Below are positions 10,123 to 20,796 of a stretch of 64,000 nucleotides of DNA, piece after piece (within the stretch, counting starts at the first letter, position 1; every line of letters begins with the position of its first letter). Origin of the DNA: Salinispira sp. (GTDB lineage: Bacteria > Spirochaetota > Spirochaetia > DSM-27196 > Salinispiraceae). Location of the stretch: assembly GCA_965602015.1 (NCBI GenBank), contig OZ271918.1, positions 1,440,001 to 1,504,000 of the forward strand. Direction: 5' to 3'. The notes beneath the pieces are model-generated. The model saw only the letters and a program-made list of their open reading frames with translations. It ran no database searches and was not told the DNA's origin. The position numbers were made by a program, and so were the translations under genes.

Positions 10123-11237
10123 TCAGGAATCCCCATCCGATACGTATCCAGGAAGCGGCGCTTAAAGAACATAAATTCATCGGCGTTGATGGCGTTCCGT
10201 GCCCGGTCAACCAGGTCCTTGAGAAACCAGAGATTATGCAGCGAAGCGAGCATGGGACCCAGTATCTCCCCCGCCTTAAAGAGGTGTCTGAGGTAGCTCC
10301 GGGAATAGGCTGCAATTGGGCTATTCGGGCTTGCGGGACGCAGGTCGCTTTCATAGCGCTGGTTTTTTAACACAAGGCGGCCGTGTTCGGTGAAGAGCGT
10401 GCCGTTGCGCGCCACCCTGGTTGGAAAAACGCAATCGAACATATCGATTCCATGCTCTATGGCTTCCAGAATGTACTCCGGGGTACCGATCCCCATAAGA
10501 TAACGCGGCTTGTCGGAAGGCAAAAGCGGAGCGCTGAATGCGAGAAAATGCTGGAACTCATCGAACGGCTCGCCCACCGACAGTCCTCCTATTGCATATC
10601 CCGGTAAATCGAGGGCAATGAGCTCATCGATGCTGCGTTTCCTTAGGTCCTCAAAAAAATTGCCTTGAACGATTCCAAATAAGTGACCGCGGTAACTGTC
10701 CCTCGTGGACTCCCAGGCATTCTTCGCTCGAAGGGCCCAACTGGAAGTGATTTCAAGGGCCTCCCGGGCTGCTTTGTGGCTGATTCCCGGCTCGGTACAG
10801 ACATCCAGGGCCATCTGGATATCGGAGTTGAGAATTTCCTGGATGCCGACGACGGTCTCCGGCGTGAGATGGTGTTTCGATCCGTCGATGTGGGAGCGAA
10901 ATTCAACTCCTTCGCTGCTCACCTTGCGAAACGGTGCAAGGGAAAAAACCTGGTAGCCGCCGCTGTCTGTGAGAATGTTTCCCTTCCAGTTAGCGAACTC
11001 GTGCAGCCCTCCGGATGCCTTGATGACATCCATTCCGGGCCTGAGAAACAGATGGTAGGTGTTGCCGAGTATGATATTTACTTTTAGGGAGGCCAGGTCT
11101 TCAAGCCTGACTGCTTTGACACTGCCGTTGGTGCCCACCGGCATAAACACCGGCGTTTCGACGGTACCATGGGGAAGTGCCATGACACCGGTTCGGGCAT
11201 GGCAGTCAGTCGATGAATGTTCTTTTCGGAATATCAT
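10119..11237 (-). CDS. tgt: tRNA-guanine transglycosylase
   Basis: TPVFMPVGT, NTYHLFLRPG, LTDSGGYQVFSL, GIVQG, GGLSVGE, PRYLMGIG, DMFDCVFPTR. Confidence 0.97.
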   Translation of the reverse strand: MIFRKEHSSTDCHARTGVMALPHGTVETPVFMPVGTNGSVKAVRLEDLASLKVNIILGNTYHLFLRPGMDVIKASGGLHEFANWKGNILTDSGGYQVFSLAPFRKVSSEGVEFRSHIDGSKHHLTPETVVGIQEILNSDIQMALDVCTEPGISHKAAREALEITSSWALRAKNAWESTRDSYRGHLFGIVQGNFFEDLRKRSIDELIALDLPGYAIGGLSVGEPFDEFQHFLAFSAPLLPSDKPRYLMGIGTPEYILEAIEHGIDMFDCVFPTRVARNGTLFTEHGRLVLKNQRYESDLRPASPNSPIAAYSRSYLRHLFKAGEILGPMLASLHNLWFLKDLVDRARNAINADEFMFFKRRFLDTYRMGIPD

Positions 11238-11267
11238 TATGCTCCCCGTACAACATGCCTGCGGCTG

Positions 11268-12350
11268 TCAGGTTTTTGCCCGATTTACGATAACTATCGC
11301 AGCAACGGCAGTTAAGACCGTACCCGCCCATGCTCCGGCGATACTGTCAATCAAGCCAAGCGTGGCGAACAAGCCGCTCAGCATTTGGATGGAGTAATAT
11401 ACAACAGATAAGCTCAGTGAAACAAGGAGACTCATGGCCAGGATATTTTTTTTGAAGGATCCCCCGATTCCCGCTGATAAGAGAATCACTATCAAGGGCG
11501 TAAAGGCGAAGGAAAATCGCTCGTGATACTTTGTGAGCTCTCTCCTGAATGGAAAACCGCCCTCCCGTAAATATTCCAAATAGGATCGGGCTTCAGTTAT
11601 TCGCATCTGCTCTATATCGCCGTATTGATTCTGAAAGAATTCCGGAGGTAAGTTCAACCGGGGGTCGGACCAGCTGTCGAGCTCCTGGATGACGATTTCC
11701 CCCTGGTCATTTTTTTCGATGAGGGTAAGCCTGCGAAGCACCCAGGCTTCATCCTGCCATTCGGCCCATGAAGCATAGACTTGGGTTTCGAGGGTCAGAT
11801 TTTCATTCCTGATGACGATTTGTACATCATCGAGCTGACGCCGATTATCATCATAAAAGCCCGCGTCGTACACAACCCGTCCGCCTCTGCTTTGTATGCT
11901 GATATTCGATCTGTTGAGGTTAACCGGTCGGTTGCGAAGCAGCTGGGCATTGAGTTCATCCTTCTGACTGAGCATCGGAATGGCAAAGCGATCCTGGAAA
12001 ATAAACAATCCCGCACTCAGGACGACTCCGATGATTGCCAGAGGAACAATAAATCTCCGCAGACTGATTCCGCTTGCGAATACGGCAATCAGTTCATTGT
12101 TTCCGTACAATGTTCCCATGGAAAACGAAACGGAAAAAAGCAGGGCAATCGGCAATGCAAATGTCAGGCTAGTGGGAAGAAAGAGGAATTGAACCTGCAA
12201 AATCTGGGAGAGCGGCACTTCCCTCTCCAGATACCGAACCAGATTAAGTAAAAGATCAGAGACGTTTATCAGCAGCGTAAAAAATAGTACGGCCCCGATA
12301 AACACCGGAAGGAAATTTTGAAGAAGTAACCTGGTAAGCTGTTTCATCAA
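11268..12350 (-). CDS. LptF/LptG family permease (LptG-like)
   Basis: 3 TM + periplasmic domain + 3 TM; NNELIAVFASGISLRR motif; start TTG 12350 or ATG 12347. Confidence 0.88.
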   Translation of the reverse strand: MMKQLTRLLLQNFLPVFIGAVLFFTLLINVSDLLLNLVRYLEREVPLSQILQVQFLFLPTSLTFALPIALLFSVSFSMGTLYGNNELIAVFASGISLRRFIVPLAIIGVVLSAGLFIFQDRFAIPMLSQKDELNAQLLRNRPVNLNRSNISIQSRGGRVVYDAGFYDDNRRQLDDVQIVIRNENLTLETQVYASWAEWQDEAWVLRRLTLIEKNDQGEIVIQELDSWSDPRLNLPPEFFQNQYGDIEQMRITEARSYLEYLREGGFPFRRELTKYHERFSFAFTPLIVILLSAGIGGSFKKNILAMSLLVSLSLSVVYYSIQMLSGLFATLGLIDSIAGAWAGTVLTAVAAIVIVNRAKT

Positions 12351-12355
12351 TATTC

Positions 12356-13645
12356 CTATTTTCTGAAGTAACCGTGGAGCATTACCGAGCCGACGGCGAT
12401 CATTACAAGATTAGGGCTGAAGGTTAAAAGCCATGCGGGAATTAGCAAAAGGCGCAGAGCAAGCGCATCTATTGCGGTAAGCATGCCAAAATAGGCCGAG
12501 GCCAACACCAATCCCACTACTATTCCGAGGGTGCGTCCCCGTTTTGCGGCCATAAGTCCCAGGGGGAAGCCCAAAAAAATAAAGGTTAAGCTTGAAAAAG
12601 GAATTGAAAACTTCTTCCATAACTCGATTCTGTACAACCTCAATGTGCGGTCGCGAATTATGCCCCGGGGATCCTGGGGCAGCTGTTCGAGACTGCGGTC
12701 CAGGGCGGCCCACCGGCTGTTGCTGTAGCGCTGGGACAGAGCGGCGTATTGAAGGGCGAAGCGGCGGTTGCGCGAGGTAAATGCTGTTATTTCGGCCGCG
12801 AGGCGCTGCTGGTATTGCTGCTCCCGTTCTTGTATAAGCTGAAGCACATCCCGGGCGCTCATTTCCCGTACGCTAGGGCTGGAAAGGTTAAAGACGATAT
12901 TCTCCAGGAGAATATTGTAATCCATGAGCTCTGCACTGCTTTCCTGGATGATGTTGTCGTTATGGGTAATGATTTCCACATCGGATAGCTGCAAGGTAAT
13001 AATGCCCGCATTGCGATCGTTTCGCAGCAGCTCGGCCCGGGCGGCGCTGATGGTCCGTTGGCTACCGTCTTCCGCCGAATCGAGGATAAGTAGTCCGTCA
13101 ATCACCGTTTCATTAACCGCTCCGGTTACCAGGGTGCTGTTTTCGTAGCGACGAACGGAAAACGGCTCAATTATCAACCGGCTATTGGAATACAGTATTT
13201 CCTGGTAGAGCCTGCCGTAATTCATGGTTCCAAGGGGCAAGAAGTAATCGTTGAACAAAAATGATACGGCAGTAAGGCTTATGGCGCTGACGATGATGGG
13301 AGAAAGAAGGCGGCGAAAACTCACCCCGCTTGCCCGGGCAGCGAGAATTTCCCTTCCCTCGCTGAGTTTTCCCACGGCGAGAATGATCCCTATGAACGAG
13401 GCAAAGGGAACCGACAAGGCGACAATCGCCGGCATGGCAAATATGATGAGCCTCAGAGTATCGAACACCGAAACAAGCTCGGCGAGGCGTTCCCTGGCAA
13501 TTACCAGTATTTGATTGACAAAAAAGATCGCAATAAAGAAAAGGAAGGCAATAATAAAAGAAAGCAGATATTCCCGGGTAATATAGCGCTGCAGCGTATC
13601 GGGCATCAATAAGGGATACCTGTACGCTCTCCCCCGAATTTTCAC
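12356..13645 (-). CDS. LptF/LptG family permease (LptF-like)
   Basis: LQRYITRE, EILAARASGVSFRRL, ELWKKFSIPF..LGFPLG. Confidence 0.88.
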   Translation of the reverse strand: MKIRGRAYRYPLLMPDTLQRYITREYLLSFIIAFLFFIAIFFVNQILVIARERLAELVSVFDTLRLIIFAMPAIVALSVPFASFIGIILAVGKLSEGREILAARASGVSFRRLLSPIIVSAISLTAVSFLFNDYFLPLGTMNYGRLYQEILYSNSRLIIEPFSVRRYENSTLVTGAVNETVIDGLLILDSAEDGSQRTISAARAELLRNDRNAGIITLQLSDVEIITHNDNIIQESSAELMDYNILLENIVFNLSSPSVREMSARDVLQLIQEREQQYQQRLAAEITAFTSRNRRFALQYAALSQRYSNSRWAALDRSLEQLPQDPRGIIRDRTLRLYRIELWKKFSIPFSSLTFIFLGFPLGLMAAKRGRTLGIVVGLVLASAYFGMLTAIDALALRLLLIPAWLLTFSPNLVMIAVGSVMLHGYFRK

Positions 13646-14103
13646 TTGCCGGTACTCCCGAAGCCGCCCTCGTCCCGTTCTGTGGCACTAAGCAGAGATG
13701 CTTCCCCCACGGATATAAAATGAGCCTGTACAACCGGCATAAAAATTAGCTGAGCGATGCGCTCACCAGGTTCGATGACTACAGCACTGCGGCTAAGATT
13801 GATAAGCGGGACCTTGAGCTCTCCCCGATAATCTGCGTCGATGGTCCCGGGGGTGTTGGGCATGCTTATGCCTTTTTTTATGGCCAAGCCCGAGCGGGGG
13901 CGCACTTGAGCTTCAAACCCCGGAGGAATTTCAATGCGGATCCCGGTAGGGACCAGCAAACGTTCCATGGAAGCCAGGCTGACCGGTTCGTCTAGTGCGC
14001 AGCGGAGATCACAGCCCGAGGCGAGTTCACTCTGATACTCCGGAAGGTGTCCCCCGGGACTGTGGATTTTTATGTGGATTGTGGGATGCCGACTACTTTC
14101 CAA
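13642..14103 (-). CDS. dut: dUTP diphosphatase
   Basis: SGCDL, VRPRSGLA, PGTIDADYRGE, ERIAQL, RDEGGFGSTG. Confidence 0.97.
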   Translation of the reverse strand: MESSRHPTIHIKIHSPGGHLPEYQSELASGCDLRCALDEPVSLASMERLLVPTGIRIEIPPGFEAQVRPRSGLAIKKGISMPNTPGTIDADYRGELKVPLINLSRSAVVIEPGERIAQLIFMPVVQAHFISVGEASLLSATERDEGGFGSTGK

Positions 14104-14128
14104 CGCTTTCCGCCTTTATCGATGGTAT

Positions 14129-14158
14129 AAAAAAAACGGGCCAGTGACAGCCCGTTTT
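14129..14158 (-). terminator. Intrinsic terminator after pnp
   Basis: Minus strand AAAACGGGC-loop-GCCCG followed by T8. Confidence 0.8.
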
Positions 14159-14172
14159 GGAAATTGCCGGAC

Positions 14173-16338
14173 TTACCGCCGGTTGCGGTCACCGCCCCGG
14201 TCACCGCCGCGACCGTGACGACCCGATCCTCCCCGGTCATTGCGGGGTCTGTCGCCGCGGGGCCTAACGGCTTCATCGAGAAGAGTTGTGAGGTTGACCC
14301 GCCCCATCTTGTCAATTTCAATTATCTTGACTTCAACTTCCTGGTTGAGCTCAAGAACATCTTCCACTTTATTGATCCGTTCCTTGGACATCTTTGAAAT
14401 GTGACAGAGCCCCTCCTTGCCCGGCAGGAACTCGATAAATGCCCCGAAGTCGACGATGCGCCGGACTACCCCGGGATACACCTTGCCGATTTCCGGTTCT
14501 TCAAGGAGTGAAAGAAAACTGTCCTTCGCATCCCTGGCTGCTTTGGCGTTGGTTGAATAAATGGTGACTGTACCGTCATTTTCGATGTTAGTTTCCACAC
14601 CGAATTTCTCATTGACGCCTTTGATAACCTTACCGCCGGGACCGATCAAGGTACCGATAACTTCAGGATCGACACTGAAGCTTATGATTCGAGGCGCGTA
14701 TTCGCTGAGCTCTGACTCGGGCTGACTGATAAGCTCGTTCATAATTCCGAGAATATGCAATCGCCCGGCCTTTGCCTGAGCAAGGGCGTCTTTCATTATT
14801 TGTGGACTAACGTTGGAGACCTTGATATCCATTTGGAAGGCGGTAATGCCGTCCTCGGTTCCTGCGACCTTGAAATCCATATCTCCCAGGTGATCTTCCT
14901 CGCCCAGAATGTCGCTGAGAATTACCGTGTCATCGCCTTCCTGTATCATGCCCATCGCGATACCCGCCACGGGTTTTTTCACGGGAATTCCCCCGTTTAA
15001 AAGGGAGAGGCTTCCGCCGCATACCGTTGCCATGGAGGATGAACCGTTTGATTCAAGGACCTCGGAAACGACCCGAATGGTGTAGGGAAAATCGCTCTTT
15101 TTGGGGAGAACGGCTTCAAGTGCCCGGTGGGCCAAATGGCCGTGGCCGATTTCCCGTCGGCCTGTACCTAACCTGCCGGTTTCACCGACGCTGAACGGAG
15201 GAAAGTTATAATGAAGGAGGAAGTGCTGACGCTTGTCCCCGTCGATATCATCCATTATCTGCTCATCCCGCACGGTACCGAGGGTCGTTACCGCCAGAGC
15301 CTGGGTTTCACCGCGGGTGAAGAGAGCCGAACCGTGAACTCGTGGCAGAACGTCTTTTTCAACGGTAATAGGCCTAATGTCAACGGGTGAACGACCGTCC
15401 ACCCGGACTTTTTTCTCGATGATAGATTTACGCAGAATTTTCTGCTCCATCTCGTCGAAAACCCCATGGAATTTCTTTTTGTCCGCGTCTTCGATGCGGT
15501 CCGCATATTCGTCGGCGTATTTATCGATTACCTGGTTGATGGCGTGTTTGCGCTCGAACTTACCGATGACAAAACAAGCCTGCTCCATTTCAGGATAGGC
15601 TTTTTTCCAAATCTCATCTTTGAGGGGAAAACTGTCGTCAATCTCGAGAAGAGGGAGCTTTTCCTTGCCTGCGAGCTTTCGCAGTTCCAACTGCAGGTTA
15701 CACAATTCGGTGATAACCGGCCGGGCTTTTTCGATGGCCTCGATCATCTGCTCTTCACTGACCATTTTCGCCCCGCCCTCGACCATGGTAATTCCTTCAA
15801 GGGTACCGGCGACGATAATGTCCAGATCGCTGTCTTCAACCTGCTCGAATGTGGGATTTACTATATACTCGCCTTGAACAAGACTTACCCTGACCGCTCC
15901 GACAGGTCCGTCAAAGGGGATGTCTGAAATCACAACTGCAGCGGATGCCGCAACCATACCAACGACATCAGGCGGATTCACGTTGTCAGTAGAAATAGTT
16001 GTGGGGACAAGCTGAATTTCCCGCTTGAACGCCTTGCTGAACAGCGGGCGCATGGGCCGGTCGATCAGCCGGGAGACGAGTATTTCTTTGTCTTTGGGGC
16101 GCCCTTCCCGCTTGAGAAAACCGCCGGGTATTTTTCCGGCGGCATAGTATTTTTCATTGTAGTCAACCGAGAGCGGAACGTAGTCGAGATCTTCTACGGG
16201 TTTTGAACCGCAGCAGACCGTCGCGAGGACAGTCGAACCGCCGTAGGTAGCAAAAATTGAGCCGTTAGCCTGTTTGGCCATCCGTCCGGTTTCAAGAACA
16301 AGTTCTTCTCCGCCGATTTGTAAAGTAACGCGATGCAT
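14173..16338 (-). CDS. pnp: Polyribonucleotide nucleotidyltransferase (PNPase)
   Basis: [58 protein letters not shown] and S1 domains. Confidence 0.99.
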   Translation of the reverse strand: MHRVTLQIGGEELVLETGRMAKQANGSIFATYGGSTVLATVCCGSKPVEDLDYVPLSVDYNEKYYAAGKIPGGFLKREGRPKDKEILVSRLIDRPMRPLFSKAFKREIQLVPTTISTDNVNPPDVVGMVAASAAVVISDIPFDGPVGAVRVSLVQGEYIVNPTFEQVEDSDLDIIVAGTLEGITMVEGGAKMVSEEQMIEAIEKARPVITELCNLQLELRKLAGKEKLPLLEIDDSFPLKDEIWKKAYPEMEQACFVIGKFERKHAINQVIDKYADEYADRIEDADKKKFHGVFDEMEQKILRKSIIEKKVRVDGRSPVDIRPITVEKDVLPRVHGSALFTRGETQALAVTTLGTVRDEQIMDDIDGDKRQHFLLHYNFPPFSVGETGRLGTGRREIGHGHLAHRALEAVLPKKSDFPYTIRVVSEVLESNGSSSMATVCGGSLSLLNGGIPVKKPVAGIAMGMIQEGDDTVILSDILGEEDHLGDMDFKVAGTEDGITAFQMDIKVSNVSPQIMKDALAQAKAGRLHILGIMNELISQPESELSEYAPRIISFSVDPEVIGTLIGPGGKVIKGVNEKFGVETNIENDGTVTIYSTNAKAARDAKDSFLSLLEEPEIGKVYPGVVRRIVDFGAFIEFLPGKEGLCHISKMSKERINKVEDVLELNQEVEVKIIEIDKMGRVNLTTLLDEAVRPRGDRPRNDRGGSGRHGRGGDRGGDRNRR

Positions 16339-16514
16339 TGTTTCTCCTCATGCCAAAAGCGCGCAGTTACCGGGCCGCTCTCGGCGATATGCAAAACCAG
16401 CGCTGTCCTCATGATGCGTCATGAGGATCAGCGCCAACCGCTAGTGTCGGATGTATTATCCGAAGAACATTAAAACCATGCCTCCATAGCGGAAACGGTT
16501 TTGACAAGTATATA

Positions 16515-16784
16515 CTATTTACGCAGGTTTAGCTCGGAGAGAATTGCCCGATACCCTTCCAGGTCCTTACCCTTCAGGTAGCGGAGGAGACGTCGCCGCT
16601 GGCCGACCAACTTCAACAGGCCCCGCCTGGAAGAATGATCTTTTTTGTGCTGTTTCAGGTGCTCGGTAAGCTCCAGAATACGGTCAGTCAGCAATGCAAT
16701 TTGCACCTGAGGGGTGCCGGTGTTCTTCTCGGAACCACCGAATTTCTCTACAATTTCTTTTATCCGATCTTTGGAAAGGGACAT
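16515..16784 (-). CDS. rpsO: 30S ribosomal protein S15
   Basis: [37 protein letters not shown]. Confidence 0.99.
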   Translation of the reverse strand: MSLSKDRIKEIVEKFGGSEKNTGTPQVQIALLTDRILELTEHLKQHKKDHSSRRGLLKLVGQRRRLLRYLKGKDLEGYRAILSELNLRK

Positions 16785-16911
16785 TCTCTTTCACTCCTAA
16801 TTCTGTTTGTCTTTTTATTCTTCTGACCGAGACACCGAGGTGGCGAAAGACGTTTCCGCATTATGCGGAGTAACCGGTATCTTCAGGCAGGTTATTATCT
16901 TTATCCTGATA

Positions 16912-17832
16912 TCAGTTGTCAAGGCGGGAGAAAACCGCCCGGTATTTCATTTTGCCGTCCCTGCATTCAAGCAGGGCCAAAAGCTGCCGGGAATCATCGA
17001 CCAGCGCAATCATTTCATTGGGCTGGTCAACCTGGTTCAACTCCCGGTTGTGCTGAAGCGGCTTGCCCTGAAGCACTGCCTCAGCTGCCGCTCCGTGTAC
17101 CTGTCGTATGTGAAAGCCGGGAATCCTCGTAACCAGCGGCTCATCCCACAGCAATAGTTTTTCCCGGTTCTCTGAGCCCATTGCATCAAGGGCTGATATA
17201 TCTATGGCATCCTTCAGATAAAAAGCGCCGACCCTTGTTCTAATCAGCGACACCAAGTGTCCGCAGCTTCCACAGGCCTCTGCAAGATCCCTGGCGAGGG
17301 AGCGTATGTAGGTTCCCTTCGAACATTCCACGCGTATTCGCGCGGTGACGCCTTCATCGTCCTCTCTCCAGGCTGTCAGCTCTAATGCGGCAATGGTGAC
17401 CCGTCTCGTCGGCATTTCCGGCTGTTCACCGCTTAACACCCGCTTATAGGCCCGCTTGCCATCGATGTGGATTGCAGAGAACTGTGGCGGAACCTGGTCA
17501 ATTTCTCCCACAAAACGGGGAATAATGGCTTCGAAATCCGCCCTTCCCGGGGGACCGCATTCTTTGCTGATATCACCTTCAGGGTCCAGGGTGCTGGTCT
17601 GTGTGCCGAAACGAATTTCGCCGATATACTCCTTATCCTCACCAGTGAGGTATTGGATCATACGGGTTCCCTGATTGACACACACCAACATAAGACCGCT
17701 GGCGAATTTATCGAGGGTTCCCGCATGGCCGACTTTTTTTGTTTCATACAGGCGCTTGATTGGTGATAGCAGTTTGAAACTGGTAATCCCCGCGGGCTTA
17801 TTGATCAGGATCAGTCCCGGTTTCCGGTTCAT
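16912..17832 (-). CDS. truB: tRNA pseudouridine(55) synthase
   Basis: KVGHAGTLD, QVPPQFSAI, CSKGTYIRSLARDL. Confidence 0.97.
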   Translation of the reverse strand: MNRKPGLILINKPAGITSFKLLSPIKRLYETKKVGHAGTLDKFASGLMLVCVNQGTRMIQYLTGEDKEYIGEIRFGTQTSTLDPEGDISKECGPPGRADFEAIIPRFVGEIDQVPPQFSAIHIDGKRAYKRVLSGEQPEMPTRRVTIAALELTAWREDDEGVTARIRVECSKGTYIRSLARDLAEACGSCGHLVSLIRTRVGAFYLKDAIDISALDAMGSENREKLLLWDEPLVTRIPGFHIRQVHGAAAEAVLQGKPLQHNRELNQVDQPNEMIALVDDSRQLLALLECRDGKMKYRAVFSRLDN

Positions 17833-18178
17833 TACCTGTTAAATCCTTTAGCCTCTGGGTAATATCGAAGCCTTCCGAAATACCGTGATCGGGGAAAAAC
17901 CGCAGCTTCGGGGTGTTGCGGGTTTTTATCCGGCGACCCAGGGCAGACTGAATAAAACCGGCAGCCGAGTTAAGCCCCTCAACTGCCTCATCCAGTTTGC
18001 GCTCGTCCATAAAACCGGACACCCGCACCTTTGCATAGGAAAGATCCCGGGACACCTCTACCGCGCTCACGCTGAGGAGGCTGTTGACCCGGTAATCCTT
18101 AACTTCGCCCTTCATAATCAATTCGCTGATTATATGCGTTATCTGGTTTTCCACCTTCTGAAGGCGATGATTACTCAT
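17798..18178 (-). CDS. rbfA: Ribosome-binding factor A
   Basis: VEVSRDLSYAKV, SAAGFIQ, TPKLRF; follows infB. Confidence 0.95.
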   Translation of the reverse strand: MSNHRLQKVENQITHIISELIMKGEVKDYRVNSLLSVSAVEVSRDLSYAKVRVSGFMDERKLDEAVEGLNSAAGFIQSALGRRIKTRNTPKLRFFPDHGISEGFDITQRLKDLTGNEPETGTDPDQ

Positions 18179-18184
18179 ACCTTC

Positions 18185-20779
18185 TTATGATTCCTGCTCA
18201 TCATCAGCGGCTTTTTTCTTTTTGGCCTTTTCTTTCTCGAGTTCCACCAGAGTCTTGCCGAGTTTCCTGGCGATTTCCTTGACCTCAAAGGCTTCGATTA
18301 TATCGCCGACCTGTATATCATCGTGGTTTTCAAGACCGATACCACATTCGTAACCGCTGGCCACTTCTTTGGCGTCATCCTTGAACCGCTTGAGACTGGT
18401 CATCTTGCCGCTGAATATTTCATCGCCTTCGCGGTAGAGCCGGGCAATACTGTTCCTGCGGACGACCCCGTCGGTGACATAAGAACCGGCGATAATTCCG
18501 ACCTTCGGCACCTTGAAAGTTTCCCGGACCTCGACGGTACCGATATGCTCTTCCTTCAGTTCCGGCGCGAGCATACCCTCCATTGCGGAACGGATATCCT
18601 CGACGACATCGTAAATGATGCTGTACTTGCGGATTTCCACCTTTTCCTGCTCGGCTAGCACCTGAGCGCGGGAGGTGGGTCTAACGTGAAATCCCACGAT
18701 GAGGGCATTGGAGGCCGCAGCGAGGTTTACATCGCTGTCGTTAATCGCACCGGCTCCCGCATGGATCACCGACAGGCGGATCTCAGGAGTACTGAGCTTC
18801 TCAAGAGCGCCCTGAATGGCTTCCACGGAACCCTGAACGTCACCCTTTATGATGATCTTGAATTCCTGGATTGCCCCTTCCTGGATGCTGTCATACAGGT
18901 TGTCCAGGGTGATCTTCTTCACATTCTTTGCGGCTTCCATCTTCTTGAGTTCCTGCCGCTTGTCACCGACCTGACGGGCCTGTTTTTCGCTTTCGGTAAC
19001 CTGGAAGGGATCGCCGGCATCGGGAACGCCGGAGAGACCGATTATTTCGACGGGCATCGAGGGCGTTGCCTTTTTCACCGGCTTGCCGCGATCGTTGAAC
19101 ATGGCCCGGATACGTCCGGGAAACACGCCGGCGATAAAATTGTCACCGACCTTCATGCTCCCCCGCTCAATAAGGACTGTGGCAACCGTACCGCGGCCCT
19201 GATCGATTTTGGATTCGATAATCTTGCCCTCGGCTCTGGTATCCCAGTTTGCCTGGAGTTCGAGCACTTCAGACTGCAGGAGAACACCCTCGAGCAGTTC
19301 GGTGATGCCTTCGCGCTTGAGGGCCGAAACTTCGCAGAACATGGTGTCGCCGCCCCAGTCCTCTGCCAAGAGTTTGTAATCCGAAAGCTGCTGCTTTACC
19401 CGATCGACATTGGCCTCGGGAAGGTCTACTTTGTTTACTGCAACGATGATCGGAACCCCGGCATCCTGGGCGTGCCTGATCGCTTCCACAGTCTGGGGCA
19501 TGACCCCGTCGTTTGCGGCGACCACGAGAATGACGATGTCGGTTACCTGGGCTCCACGGGCCCTCATGAGGGTAAACGCTTCGTGTCCCGGCGTATCGAG
19601 GAAGGTTATTTTTCCACCCTTTGTCTCAACCTGATAGGCCCCGATATGCTGGGTAATTCCGCCGGACTCGTCGGCAACCACGTCTGTTTTCCGGATGGCG
19701 TCGAGAAGTTTGGTCTTACCGTGGTCGACGTGTCCCATAACAGTGACAATCGGCGGACGGGACTCAAGGTCCTCGGCGCTGTCGGTCTCGGTTTCAATGA
19801 TGGTTTCATCGTAAAGAGAGACGATATTAACTTCGCAACTATATTCCGAGGCGAGGATGGTTGCGGTTTCCGCATCAATCTGCTGATTGATGGTCACCAT
19901 CATCCCCATGCCCATGAGTTTTGCGATCAGGTCCGAGGCCTTGAGATTCATTTTCCGGGCCAGTTCACTGACCGTAATGACTTCCATTATGTCGATGGAC
20001 TTGGGCACCGGATTGGTCATCTGGACGGTTTTCTTCTTGTACTGAAGTTCCTTTTCCTGAGGGCCTTTTTTCCTGCGGTAGTCGCTCGCCTTTTTGGCCT
20101 TGTAAAATTTCTTGCCCGAGCGCTGGTCGCCCGTAGGAGGCATGCCCTCTGGAGCGCCGCCCGAAGAACCACCTCCGGGACGCCGGTTAAAACCGCCGCC
20201 GCCTCCGCCGGGACCGCGGTTAAAATTACCGCCCCTGTTGGGAGGACCGCCGCCGGGCCTGCCCGGTGCGCCGGGACCGCGGTTACCCTGATTGGGACCC
20301 CGGTTGCTCCGGAATGAACGGTGGGGCCTGTCGCCCCGTTCGCCCCGGTCATTGTTTTTCCGGGGACCGACGTATTTACCGCCGACAATGCCCTGCTTGC
20401 TCGGCTGATTGCCGCCGCTGCGGTCGGCTCCCTTTGCGAGATTACCCGCCGACCGGGGGCCCGGTGCGCGCTTTGGCTTATCGTCCTTTTTTGCCTCGGG
20501 CTTCGCCTTGGCGCCGGACTGAGCATCTTCGGCTTTGGGCTTCTTATCTCCGGCCTTCGGCGATACCGCCTTGGACTGGGGAGCCTCGGCGGCCTCAGCC
20601 TTCTTGGGAGCAGTCTTCGATACAGGTTTTTCCTGATCGGAACTATCGCTCTTGTGGCTGCGGCGTTTCACCACCAGCTTTTTTTTGGGTTTTTTAACTT
20701 CGGTAGTCGGGGCGGACTTCCCCTCCTTCCGGTGTTTTATGAGTTCTGCCTTTGGTTTTTGATCCTGGTCTTGAGCCAT
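18185..20779 (-). CDS. infB: Translation initiation factor IF-2
   Basis: [38 protein letters not shown]; start set at ATG 20779 after AGAGG. Confidence 0.99.
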   Translation of the reverse strand: MAQDQDQKPKAELIKHRKEGKSAPTTEVKKPKKKLVVKRRSHKSDSSDQEKPVSKTAPKKAEAAEAPQSKAVSPKAGDKKPKAEDAQSGAKAKPEAKKDDKPKRAPGPRSAGNLAKGADRSGGNQPSKQGIVGGKYVGPRKNNDRGERGDRPHRSFRSNRGPNQGNRGPGAPGRPGGGPPNRGGNFNRGPGGGGGGFNRRPGGGSSGGAPEGMPPTGDQRSGKKFYKAKKASDYRRKKGPQEKELQYKKKTVQMTNPVPKSIDIMEVITVSELARKMNLKASDLIAKLMGMGMMVTINQQIDAETATILASEYSCEVNIVSLYDETIIETETDSAEDLESRPPIVTVMGHVDHGKTKLLDAIRKTDVVADESGGITQHIGAYQVETKGGKITFLDTPGHEAFTLMRARGAQVTDIVILVVAANDGVMPQTVEAIRHAQDAGVPIIVAVNKVDLPEANVDRVKQQLSDYKLLAEDWGGDTMFCEVSALKREGITELLEGVLLQSEVLELQANWDTRAEGKIIESKIDQGRGTVATVLIERGSMKVGDNFIAGVFPGRIRAMFNDRGKPVKKATPSMPVEIIGLSGVPDAGDPFQVTESEKQARQVGDKRQELKKMEAAKNVKKITLDNLYDSIQEGAIQEFKIIIKGDVQGSVEAIQGALEKLSTPEIRLSVIHAGAGAINDSDVNLAAASNALIVGFHVRPTSRAQVLAEQEKVEIRKYSIIYDVVEDIRSAMEGMLAPELKEEHIGTVEVRETFKVPKVGIIAGSYVTDGVVRRNSIARLYREGDEIFSGKMTSLKRFKDDAKEVASGYECGIGLENHDDIQVGDIIEAFEVKEIARKLGKTLVELEKEKAKKKKAADDEQES

Positions 20780-20796
20780 ACTATCCTCTAAATCCC

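Noticed and set aside
18686..20317. 543-aa + strand ORF (also 21169-22413, 31609-32604, 59786-60547, 4440-5081)
   Set aside because: Antisense shadows of conserved genes (infB, nusA, tamB, purH, greA); no motifs; explained by codon bias
20150..20350. GC-rich short repeats (CCGCCG, CGGTTAAAA, GGGACCGC)
   Set aside because: They encode the Gly/Arg/Pro-rich disordered N-terminus of IF-2; not a CRISPR or DNA repeat element
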